Shown here in pieces: positions 48,691 to 61,655 of a stretch of 64,000 nt of DNA. The position numbers and the translations under genes are program-made. How positions within the stretch are numbered: position 1 is the stretch's first letter; every line of letters starts with the position of its first letter. The notes under the pieces are model-generated. The model saw only the letters and a list, made by a program, of their open reading frames with translations, did no database searches and had not been told where the DNA came from. This DNA is from Rhina ancylostomus. Taxonomy: Eukaryota. Where the stretch lies: assembly GCA_030265395.1 (NCBI GenBank), contig JARFYF010000084.1:104711140-104775139 (forward strand), given 5' to 3'.

Positions 48691-51600
48691 CGGCCTTGGA
48701 CTTAGCCATTTCTAAAAGGCCTATAGTGCTCTTTCAAATACCAGGGTGTTTTGCCCAGGTCATTACCTTTGTGGAGGGGGGAAAGTAGCCAAAATGCATG
48801 GGTTCTATGCAGTCCCGAGTGTTGCAATAGCCTTTTCGGGAACCGCCTTTAAATGTTTGTAAATATAACTTCTAGTGAAAGCTCAATACATTTGTAAAAA
48901 TCTGTTTGATGAAACGCAGAAAAAAATTAAGTCGGGAATATATTGAATAACATTTAACAACATCCGGGATCGGATAATTTGTTTTTTGGATTTGAAATTA
49001 ATTTTAACTTACAAAAATGTTGTACAAAGGACTGCATTGTGTTACTGATACATCTGCATTTAATTTGAAATCCACTCATTTGTGTCTCCATCTCTCTGCT
49101 TTGGAATTCCAAACTTCGTCCCCTGTATTTTATTTAAAAATGTGGTTTTCATAAAAGGAAAGCTGCTATTTTAGGGAAACAATGTTTTTAATACATAACC
49201 TTCAGTTTTAAATTTGTGACACGAAGCCCTTTTTACTAATTTCACCAATTTAGTGCTCCCAATCCATTGTTTTGCCGCTCAAAAATACGTTTTAATTTCT
49301 TATAAACTATTCTAGTAACAAGTGTCAACGTTGCAAAACGAAATTATTCGTTTAAAATAAGTTTCCCGTCTTTTTCAGCGAGAAAGGGCCAATTTATGCA
49401 TGATGGATTCCTGTCTTCTCTATATTCGTATTTCTTGTATTATAACATGCCGTTCTTCTCTTTCACCAAAATCCGCCTCCTTTCTGAGCGCCTCTTACTC
49501 CATCAACAGTTTTACTCCTATTTATCCATACATATATTAAGTAATTACATGCTGAAATCTGTATTTTAAAGGAATATTGTAAGTTTCAGGAAGAATGCGA
49601 TGGGGGTAGGGGTGTTGGAGACGGAGAAGGTTATATGGACTCCAAGTAAAGATGGCTTCTTGACCTATTGAATAATGCATTTGTTTTCCTATCGCATATG
49701 AAATGGTTTGTCTTTTGCAAACTTTAGGTATACGGACTGTGCAATTTGGCCTGCTCGTAACAAGCATTATTTTCGTTTACCTCTGCAACTGCTGCTGTTT
49801 TTTTTAAACTAACCCATTACCTGTATGCTAATGATTTTCGAATGCACACATTCTCCAGTTCCAAGGTAGAATGCTAATACTGTTTTGCGAAATGCATTGT
49901 ACCTCGTTACTCGTAATTTGCCAAATACAGTGAAAATCAAGAGATGTAACAAACATTTTTCCATGGCTTTATATTCTCTAGCAGTATCTTTAACTAAGAC
50001 GTGGTTGATCTCTATCTTTCGTGTGACCAAACGGTAACGGTGCAGTTAATACTTATATTTTGTGTAAAATATTATATCTGGAATTAATGCCCTAAACAAA
50101 ATTTGTCCTTCTTGCGTGATTTAGTCGTTTACTTTAAACATTGCAAGCACGGCTAACATTAATTTGGAGTACGTTTTAAGCATTGACCATAAACCTATAA
50201 TGGTTCTACTGCTGGCTGAGGTATATATCATTCCTAAAATATATTTTAGCGGTGATAAAATAAGAGAGAAAGGCATAGCCAAATAGTTGTTCAAATAAAT
50301 AAAGTATTTGAGGAAATACGCGAGCTTTTTAACAACATTATACGTAGTTTTTTCAAAAGCTACACTGCTATCGAAGTGAACAAAACGGAACTGCAAGAGA
50401 TATAGAGTAGGACACGTACCTATATAATTTTATGATTTAAACAAGATGTCAGTTCAAACATATGTACTTGTGAAATGTTCATTAATTCTAAATTAGCAGC
50501 AGTTGTTCTACATTTCTTTTTTAAAGAAGGTTTCTATGAATCTAAATCTAATTGATGTCGATCTTTGCCTTGGGGTGGATTGTGTACCCTGTTGTATAGT
50601 GGAATTCAACAGACAGACTCTGCTGCTGCATTTCATACCCTAAAAAACGGTAATTCCATGCAGAAAACTGCGAACTTAAATAAAACATTTGAATTATTTT
50701 TCAGAGAGAAGTCTCTTAATTTTTGTACAGTTACGAAAGATTTACCTGCTACATTTACACAGCAGATAGGAAAAATACCGTGGTCGATTTTTCAATATGA
50801 AATACAATGTGTCTCGATCATGAAAAGAGCATTTTTTTTCTTTCCTTTCGTCAGTAATTGAGGTCGTTCAGTCGCTCGGGTTCACCTGGAGTCCATAGCA
50901 TGATACACGGGTAACTCAAAGCTATTTTATCTTTTGTGCTGATAGTCAAGATCGTGCTATAACATTGACATCAAACTCTGTCTGAGCAGATGATTACAAG
51001 TCGAGCAAAACGTAAACTTTTGACCCTCAACTTTTTGACCTATAGTTGTACCGCCCTGCCAACCACCGTACAGGGAGCCTTTTTCAAAGCACCACAGAGG
51101 ACTAAATAATATCCCCTTTCGTTCACTATTTTCATGATGTACTGCTAATTTCAAGTTTGGGAAAGCGAAAGAAATGCCCCCCACCCCCTCCCCGCCTGTC
51201 CCACACCAACCCCTTCCCAGCCCGTTTCCCCATACGTGAAACGTTCCTTTAATCTCAAAAATGGCATGAACCTCAACAGTCTGCAAGCTGTTTATTCGAG
51301 TGCTCCTTAATTTGTTGGATGTGCCAGAGTGGGTAAGTTTTTATCAATGCAGCGGCCAGCCGATGTAATTATAGATAGCATAGCAAAAAAAAACAGATCA
51401 ATTTAGCATGAGTTTACTTTAGCATTTTCGTTCTTTTCTGTTATACCGATAGAACAATGGATACGTGAGCTTCCAGTCAATGCTAATACTGACTGTGAAC
51501 TTGGTCTAAAGCGAGCTCTGCTGGTGAGTCGCAGAGTGTGCAGATACCCCTTTCTTTCCTGAAAACATGCCCTTTTTTGATTTAAGGAACGAAAATCCCC

Positions 51601-54600
51601 CTAACAATGAAATAATCCCCGATCCAAATTATGTATTTTTGTAAAAGTGGGGTACTTTTTTAACCTTCCTTGCCAAGGACGGATTACTTTAATGATTCGC
51701 TCTAAAGAAAAAAAATGCATCATTAATTAGCTTACGTCGCATCTGCAAGTATGAGATGAAGCAAACATAAAATATCAAAAGGAGGCGGGAATATAATCAA
51801 CTTTGTTAAATGTTCTTTTGCGTATTGATTCTAAGCGAACTTCCTCTAAAGGATTGTTTCAATTTACGACTTTCTTCCTCAAGAGAACCAGAACGTTGAC
51901 AAATACAAATGCATAAACATAAGTAATTCATGTTGCTATTTTAATCTTTGCGTAATGATATCCTATTTAAAGACGGTGTGCATGATTACTACTTTTGCGC
52001 CACCACCCCCCCTTATCTTATGAAGAGCATATCTATGGTAACAAAATAAAATATATTATGGTTTATTTGGTGGGTTCACCTGTTTTCCCCCTATTGCAAC
52101 TGAAGCAGGACATAATGATATGAACGTAATCCTTCAGCCGTTTATTACAATATCTTCCATTCCAGTAAACACAGTGGTTATTAATGAAACCATTTCAGGA
52201 AGACTTAACAAGTTCTCTATTTCTACAAGGTCATACTGTAGTCGAAACTTTACAGCTGAAAAATCCATGGCAGCGCATTTAGTAACAATCTGTTTCTTTA
52301 GATCATTGTCTCTACTCAAACACGGTTAGTTCCATGAATGTGAGTGCCAAGGGACTTCATACAAAATAAAGAAATAAAACGTGAACATGACGGAAGTCCT
52401 GAGAGCATATGTGTGTTACTTTCTGTTAACATCCTTCATTTTTACAATTCAGAGATTCCATTTAACTATATCGCTAAGAGTCAGATAGATAGACTAAATA
52501 CAACTGAAAATGGAAACCAATCGGTGAAACACTTATGCAGCTTGCTAGGCAATCTGAACTGATAAATTAGGCTATCATGTGGATAATATTATCACACATG
52601 TATTTATGTTTATTTCTCCTTTTAGAGAGCTGTGTGGTAACGTATCATGTTTATAAACAGGAATATTACCACTCCTTCTTTAAGTTATTTTGTGCTGTAA
52701 TAAACGTCATGTTAATTACTTTAATCATAAGTAGGAAATCTCAATACTGCCAACCGCCCTTTCCAACCCCCCCCCCCCCCCACGCACCACCACCACCAAC
52801 AACAACAACACCACCACCAGATCCGCTGAAAGGGGCCCTAGAAATTTGTCGCAGTCTCACAAAATATAAAAGTGCATAAATTTTATAGATAAAAAGACTA
52901 ACTATATTAAAATCCTTGTAAATTGCTCTGGATTAGATAAAGAATCTCGTTTGTTGAGTTCAGGGAAACTTCTATTCTAGCCAAAGACAAACTAGCATAG
53001 ATTGCAATTGAAGAACGTGGTGCCCTTTCGATGCCCTTAGCACAGACGAAACGTAAGCACGTCGCATTCCAGATTTTATGGCGTCCATCTCTTTACCACT
53101 CACAATTTTTCATTTGTTTTACATTTCTATTTTTTTCGCGATAAGAGAATTGTTGGCTGAACCGTACAGAAGCTGCTTTTAATTTTAACCGCTGATTAAT
53201 GAGATGGCGTGCTAAAGGGTAAAGATATGATACGTTAAAGCCCTGAATTAAACGCCTCAACTAAAACTTATCCAATGGTTTAATTTAAGAAAACAAAAGA
53301 TTTTGAATTCACATCCCATTTATAAATTGCGAAACAGCTTTTTGGGGGAAAATTCATTCACTACAATTTCAGACAAAATATTCTGTCCTGTCAGAAATTG
53401 AATTTATTGATAATTTATGTTTGACCCACTGAACCTTTGCACTGCGTGTTATGTCTCTGGACAAGGGTCTTCTTGAAGAAGACTTTGTAAAGGACGCTTC
53501 AATAATGTATCTGTTCACGTTCACGTAAAATGGCAGCCTCAAATCATTGAAAGAAATCTTCTGAAAGGCAAATACACACAGTTCTCCTCAGAATCTAGTT
53601 AAACTCCCTCCCTCTCCCCATCTCTCTCCCTCTAGTTTACTAAATGCAGAAGGAAGGCGCTGGAGGAAAATATAGATACCTTACTGAGGAAAGCTCAGTG
53701 GTCGGTACTTTTAGGAGAACACCGTGAACCGTTCTGTATCATTGGTCCCCACAGAATATCTGCATTGCACAATTGTGTGCAGTTAACATTTCAGATAACA
53801 TATATAGGTATAATCCTTTAACCCTACATTATGCCCCCTTCTCCATCTTCTGTTTGCCCAGTTTGAAATGTCGATTGTTTTTTTTATATAAATGAAATGT
53901 TTCCCCAAGTTCAGCAAATGATATCAAGTGCATAAACCTTTGAAACGAAATAACACATTATCACTAATGTTTAGGAATGCAGTTGCAAGTAAATCAATTG
54001 TAACAGTTATGAGTAATATGTAATGTTAGTCTGAATGCCACTCTAGCACTGACTCAAACTAAAGATCGTTTTGTCTTGTTATAAGAAGTCTCTAAGTGAT
54101 CTGGACAGATGATATATTAAACTGTCATATTTAAATGTAAACTAATACAAAGGAAATTACAACAGATTGACGCGATTGACATGGCCGATCCGGAACTGCT
54201 GTACTGATACTGGGGCCGATTTCCTTTATTTACTGTTGGATTTTTATAGCACATCGTAAAACGGACCTAATTGCACTGGAATGTTTTGAGTGTAAGTTCT
54301 GGAGGGTAATTGCTTTCAACCTCTCTAATCGAGTGGCCGCCTATTATCTTCACTTCTTATACTATAAGCTAGCTTTGACATTATAAATGAAAATTGAATA
54401 CCCATGGAAGCTAATGAATCTTGTTCTCAATTTAAAAAAAAACTTTCGTTGTTCAGAAATACTATCCTCAAGCATTCTTCCTTAGATTATACATGTAAGT
54501 CTCCATCTACACACTAGACTAGCGGAAGCTTCAAAGAATGAAAAATCGGTCATAAAGTTTATGGTTCGTCAGCCACTACTGTGGGAAACCTGCAATTCAC

Positions 54601-55619
54601 CAAAAACAATGTTGATGTTACAACAATTAGAGTTAAAGTTCCAGGAACTCTTCATTTTTTTTCTTTCAATAAATCTGGTGTTTCTGTCGCACATATGCCT
54701 AAGTTCAGGTCGTAAGGATATTTTTATCTGCAGTAACATCTTTAGTTATATTACTTCTACTTTCATTCCTCAAAAGAATGATGATTGTCGCCATAAAAGT
54801 TTAAATTACAATTTCGAGGAGGGGGGCTGGGGGAGGGGTGGTTTGCTTGGTTACGTGAAAGAATCATGTAATACGGTTTGTGTACCTTAATCAGATCATG
54901 TGTGCAGACTGAGTTTATGTTGGAACTCCTCAAGCCACACTTACACCCTAGTCATTAAAGTATCAGTGCCCGTAAGTTCCTAAATTGCATGACAATGAAT
55001 ACATTTGAAACATATACTTTGTAACAAAACCAACAGGAGACTTGTCACAACAGCAGCATAACACTCCCCTCAAGCAGATCACAGATAAGCAAATAAAATA
55101 GCACATCTGAGCTTGCGGGTAAAATATTCTGTCCACAGTATTAAGTATTGAAAAATAACAGTAGCTTTCGGTAAGAATTAATCGTATCTTCCAAAAACCT
55201 GTTACACATTTTTTTTAATGGAACCCATACTCCTCTCTCAAAGTTATTTCATTTCTTAATCTTTCTTTTTTCTCGACCTGGTTTGTAAAATAGAAACTTC
55301 ATTTGAATGCAATAAGAAACTAATCCGCAGTTTACCCAGAGTAATTTCTGCCTCAATGCACTCTGGGTGCTACTTAGGCCTATGTTACTGGGCCAAATTT
55401 CTTTGCGAATTGTAACGATAATATTTCAACAAAATTTACCTTGTCTTGCAAGAAAACACAACTTTCCTGTATACTGGAGTTGTGGAGCTGTGGATAGTCC
55501 TCTGAACAAGAAGATTAGCCATTTGAGTGGCCTGTCTGCACACGCAATCTGCAAAGGAGCCAAATGAAGTCCAGCGTCAGTGAGATTATATGTTATGTAG
55601 AATATACTGTTGGTTGTCA

Positions 55620-55800
55620 ACTCCCCAAAACCATAAAACTTACTTTAATGACACCACGTGATTTTTTATAGCCAGTGAGGCTATCAGTCTGTGCTATGGA
55701 TGATTTTACGATCTAATTCATAGACAAAACCCTATTCATTTGGCACCCAAATGTCATATAGCCGGAACTGAGGTGTATAAAAGTTTACTGTTTATAACTT
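55620..55800. promoter_or_regulatory. Candidate HoxA5 3' mesodermal enhancer block (Cdx/Hox sites)
   Basis: Dense CCATAAAA, TTTTATAG, TTTTACGA, TATAAAA and CACGTG motifs about 1.5 kb 3' of the HoxA5 stop, where the mouse Hoxa5 Cdx-dependent enhancer lies. Confidence 0.5.
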
Positions 55801-57251
55801 TCAAGGACAAGCACTCACTCAGCAGAAAGGGTGAAAGTGCTGATCCCCCTTGCTGTCAGGAGCTAAGTGGTGACTTTTTCTGCCCTGCTTTCACGCGGTA
55901 AGTAAAGTTAACTCTGTAAAGTGAAAATACCTGTTGGAAAAGGTTTACGCTACACTTTAGAAGGGGAGTTGAGAGATCGTGGCTAACGCCTACCTGCGGA
56001 ACAAAGTGGTTGAAATGCTTCAGGGTGCAATTTTTCCTCAGACCCACACTATAGAGTTCAGAGAAATCAGGTCTATAAAAAGGGTTTGTTCAAATGCAAG
56101 AACAGTAATGGCAGCAGCAAAGAAATTGGCGTTTCAGCAGGAGAAGAACAGTTGAGTAAACGGTGCGCAAAAATCAGGGCGCAAGGAATGGGATTCAGGA
56201 GGCGGACGTATTCACTTCGAAATGCGTAAACACATTAAATTACAATATAGCACCACGTTTAAATATTCACTGTACTAATTCCTACCAAATTCCGCCATTT
56301 GCAATAATCATAAATTTTGAAATGCGTTTGTTACAGTCCCGTCTTTATAAGTTTGCCCAACTTGAATCCCTGAGGTAAACCAATCTACAAAATTTTTATC
56401 TGGAGAAATGGGCAAAGTTATAAAAATTAGGCCAAACTTTTACTTCTGTTAAGAGTTTTGTACAAAAACTATGCTAAACGTTTGCAGTGGAAATATTTTA
56501 ATTCACAAGACAACAAACGCAAGGGAAATACTTATATGGGAGGCTAAAGAGCAGGAAAGTTACTATAGAAACTTTATTTTAACTTCCAGTCAATTTTAAA
56601 AACAAATACAAAAGCTCATCACTAATTTCTTAAACTGCCAGTCTTTTAGGCTTTATAGTTATCCTTTGTCACAAAAAACATACACCGACGCTGCGCTAAG
56701 AGCCACTTATTGGAATTCGTGCAAAGTCATACAAAGGCACAGCATAGACATACAGTTCAAAGTCGCAATACCCTTCACAAAATTCACTGCTCACTAATAA
56801 CACAGAATAGGTAGCATTTCAGTGATTTAACACTACGATATCAAATACAGAGGACGATGATCTGAAATTAAATACGTATTGCAAGCTTGGAGCTATTTTG
56901 ACATTTAGCAACACTAACACATACATACACTTTTTTTGCAGAGTGCAACACATAATTACATTTTACTGGACGATTTTATACAGTTACTTCAAGTAATACC
57001 GCTTGTATTAATATAAATAAGTTAAAACAGCTATAATTCACAAGGCTATCCTATTCCTAGACAATATACTGTAAGCAATGACTTGTACAGGCAACAGTAC
57101 GACCAGAAAGCAGACTAACGATGCAAAGATTGGAATACGGCAACATGGAAATGCTTTTCTTCATAGAAGTAACACGGGAAAAGAGTTTTGGAAGTCAGTA
57201 CTGTATTGACATTATGCTAATTGGTCAGCTACTGCCCATTGCTTCTATTGA

Positions 57252-57536
<285 letters not shown>

Positions 57537-57968
57537 TTAGTGCAATCAGTACATTGTCGAAAATGAAATACACTAAAACAAAATAAACACAAGCTGAATG
57601 TAGAAGACTGAAATCTAGCATCCGCTTGTCAGCGTTAAGCTTTGCGCTCTTTCTATGCCTTGATAGCAAAATGACTTTAGAAACTTAACTGGAACAAAAT
57701 GTTGAAGTCTCCACTTCGACGAACCTGTCCCATTATCAACCACACCTTTTTCAATCTAACAATTCCTATTTACCCATACATTACTGATACGTAACTGGAT
57801 GCCTTACTAATATTATCCCATCCCGTATATAGTTCCAAATATAATCGCAACTTAAAAAATTATGATCCTTAACAGAAATCTTAGCGTATATATTTAGCGT
57901 TTTGATTTATAACGTGTAAAGTAATTTAAGATTCCAGTAATGCAAGGATGAAAGAGGAGGGAGTTTAC

Positions 57969-58545
57969 CGTGACTTATGTGCAGTTTTCGCATCCAGGGG
58001 TAAATCTGAGGCTGCTGCTGTGCTGTGCCTTGCCCGTTCTGTGAACTTGGAGGTTCGCTGCTGGCCGGGGTCTCATCCTCAGTACCAGGCGACGTGCCAA
58101 CCCCATCTCTACTGATCTGACTGCTGCTGCTGGAATTTGAGGAGGTAGTTGGGCTTGCTATGGAGTTTTTGATTCCGGGGTGGTTGTCACTGGCAGGCGG
58201 ACTGACCACGGCGGAGCAGGGCAGAGGGTCAGGTGAAGGAGACTGAGTGGACGTGGCAGGTTGGTTGTACCTGGTGTCTGCTCCTGCTTCTGGTCCTGCT
58301 GCCGCCGCTGTTGTTGCTGCTACAGAGTAGCTTCGAGATCTTTCACTGGCATTAAAGTGGTTAGATGCTGGACGACTAATGCTGAGATCCATCCCATTGT
58401 AACCGTAGCCGTACCTGCTGGAATGCATCGGTGCAGAATCCCTGTATTGCTCGCTCACCGAGCTATGATCTCCATAATTATGTAACTGGTAGTCCGGGCC
58501 ATTTGGATAGCGACCGCAGAATGAGTTTACAAAGTAAGAGCTCAT
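57969..58545 (-). CDS. hoxa5: Homeobox protein HoxA5, exon 1
   Basis: [29 protein letters not shown]...[15 protein letters not shown]; donor CACG|GTAAAC. Confidence 0.97.
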
Positions 58546-58574
58546 TTGATTTTTTTATTTATTTATTTTTTACT

Positions 58575-58870
58575 TGATTTGTGGCTCTTGGTCGTTTGTG
58601 CGTCTAGCACCCTGCACAATTTATGATGAATTATGGAAATGTCTGGGACATGTACTTCGTTCCCTCCTACGTAGGCACCCAAATATGGGGTACGACTTGA
58701 AATNNNNNNNNNNNNNNNNNNNNNNNNNNNNNNNNNNNNNNNNNNNNNNNNNNNNNNNNNNNNNNNNNNNNNNNNNNNNNNNNNNNNNNNNNNNNNNNNN
58801 NNNCACGTGCTTTTGTTGTCCAGTCGTAAATTCTCGCTGATGACCTCTAGAGGTAAATCCGTGCACTGTG
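58575..58870 (-). promoter_or_regulatory. Highly conserved HoxA5 promoter/5' leader (interrupted by an N gap)
   Basis: ttatgatgaattatggaaatg..tgggacatgtac...ggcacccaaatatggggtacgac...cacgtgcttttgttgtccagtcgtaaa...tgacctctagaggtaaa is nearly identical to the recalled human HOXA5 promoter. Confidence 0.7.
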
Positions 58871-58965
58871 GCTACAAATTGGAAGGTTGCGAGGAAGAAA
58901 GAAAGAGGGGAACGCGCACGGGGGCGCGCCGGCTGCTCCCAGCACTCGCTTTGGGTTGTCCTTGC

Positions 58966-58979
58966 GCGCCACCCTCTGG
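58966..58979 (-). promoter_or_regulatory. Candidate CTCF site between HoxA5 and HoxA6
   Basis: Minus strand CCAGAGGGTGGCGC, 2 mismatches to CCASYAGRKGGCRS, in a local GC-rich island about 420 bp upstream of the HoxA5 ATG. Confidence 0.55.
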
Positions 58980-60766
58980 AGACAGAAGCTATGTGACTGT
59001 GGTTCTGATGAACGGGGAAATCGGCCTCGGGTCGAATTAAGGCTACCACACATTTCAAACTTAACCGTTACATTTCGTAGAATAAATCACATAAACCAAT
59101 GAGAAGAGCATCTTTCAAAAAAAAATCCACGCCGCGCAACAGTGCATTTGTTTAGAGCAAGAGAGCTGATTTTTTTTTAAAAAAGCTAGCGCTGGTGTTC
59201 ATACAGATCAGACTCGACGTTTTCTTAGTAACTGGGTTGTTTTGAATTTTTTAAATTAGGTTTAATTTTAGTTATGCATTTTGTGGTTTTCGTACGCTTC
59301 TGGTATCACCGCTGATTAGTTCAGGGGAGGGACGGTATCGTACAGAATCAAAATGCTAATTCTTTTCATCTGTTACGCCGTTTTAAAATTTTATTTTGTC
59401 TACATAGCTCATTATGTTAGAGTTCTTCGTGCATCTGCGGAAATTTCGAAGCCAGCCCGCACCTAAACTCTCAAACCAATCTTCGCGTTCTTAAAACTCA
59501 TGTCACGTAGATTGAAAATGCGTTTAAATCTTTCCAATTTACTTTATTACATATTACATCCGAAACCAGAACCCCTTTTCGACTGGTATATAAACGTCGA
59601 TTTGTGCCCAATTTATGTGGAAATAATGTTTTTACACAGCATTTTGTGTTGGTTCGATTAGCAAATGCTGTACATTATCTAACAAAAGGCAGCGCACTTT
59701 ACAAATAGTCATCCACCTAATCAAAACATGAGCTTTGTGCCTCACACTATTACTAGGTTTGCTGCAATAAATGTTATGAAGAATGTTTTATAATTTAACC
59801 GCGGCTCTAGCTACGTCTTTACTTGTGCATTTAGTGAAAATTGCCCTATTTAATGGACCCAGAAACCAAATAGTCATTCCTACCACGTATACAGTCCATT
59901 TTTTTTCTCTGAAACAAGGACATCTACCGATCAATTTCACAGTGCTAAGTTTCCTTTCACAGCTTATTTAATACAAAAGTTTTCGGCAGCTTTTGNNNNN
60001 NNNNNNNNNNNNNNNNNNNNNNNNNNNNNNNNNNNNNNNNNNNNNNNNNNNNNNNNNNNNNNNNNNNNNNNNNNNNNNNNNNNNNNNNNNNNNNNTTGTT
60101 AAAGGCTAAATTCTTACAAATCGGGCACCTTGTTTTTTTACTTATATATTAATGTATATCTTAATATATATTTAAGACGTTTTATCCTCAAAACTTCAAT
60201 TTAAAGCGAAAACGTTACCAACCAAGCTTAGTTTATCCTACGAATGTCAAGATAAAAGCAAATATAATTGTTTTCTTTGTGGAGAAAAGATAGCACGACC
60301 TGACTGAATATTGTGCCCTCTTAATTAGCCAAAAATAACAAAAAAATTGAGGCAAATTATGGACATATACAATGCAATATTTATCATTAGCAAATGGGCA
60401 TATCTACTACGTTCATTTATTTGAAGACTGTCAAATTATACCTACGGAGCAAACTATCCATTGAAACAATTGGATCATTATTTGTGGTGCAACCCATCAC
60501 ATAGTAACGACTAGAGAAGCAGAAACATTCACACTTCGCATTTATAAAACAATTAATCCTACACCGTATAATTATTGTATCCTATGGAATGCGAATTATT
60601 TGAACACTTCCTCTACCAATTATACATAGACACAAGCTCAAGAGGAGGAACAACGAAAACAAACAGATATACGATTATTTTTTTCTGAACTGTTTAGCAG
60701 AATGAGCACACAATAACTCACTACCAAACAGAAAGGCCCAGGACAACTTCCTTTGAATTTGCGCTC

Positions 60767-61093
<327 letters not shown>

Positions 61094-61225
61094 TTACTCA
61101 ATTTTCCGATTCGACTCAGAGTGTTCCATTTAAACATATGCAGCACTCTTCTAGTAAAGTTGGAACTAAGTATCTGTATAGGTAAAGTTTTTTTAACATA
61201 TAGCATTCTACTAAAATATACTCAC

Positions 61226-61655
61226 TGGAACTTGAATTCATTCGTTGCATCCAAGGATAAATTGGAGTACTGTACTTCCGGTCGTTTCCTTCTTCACTTA
61301 AAATTTTGTTTTGCGCACAATCTGATTTGTAATGTTGGTCTGAGGAAAAGAAGTCATCCTGGGGTCTATGCTTTCCACTACCGGATGGCGAAATACTGGC
61401 TAGATCCTTTTCAGGATAGAAACAAGAAGCTCCATACTCATACGATGCACGATTGCAAGCTATGACTGAATTGGACTGTTGATAATAACAAGGTGACGAG
61501 TAACTCTTGTCCTGGAGGGTGGTTGCCCCATAGGAAGCTGGAAAGTGCCTTAGAGCATCATAGCCCGTTGTATAGAGTGGGATCTGTCCGAGGAATGAGT
61601 CCTGGCCACTGGGCAGTGAAACAGGGAAAGTAGGGTTCACAAAATACGAACTCAT
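61226..61655 (-). CDS. hoxa6: Homeobox protein HoxA6, exon 1
   Basis: [28 protein letters not shown]...[15 protein letters not shown]...[11 protein letters not shown]; donor TCCA|GTGAGT. Confidence 0.96.

Noticed and set aside
50585-50592. TACCCTGT as a miR-10 remnant
   Set aside because: Wrong strand for a Hox-oriented miR-10, only 8 nt match, and no hairpin.
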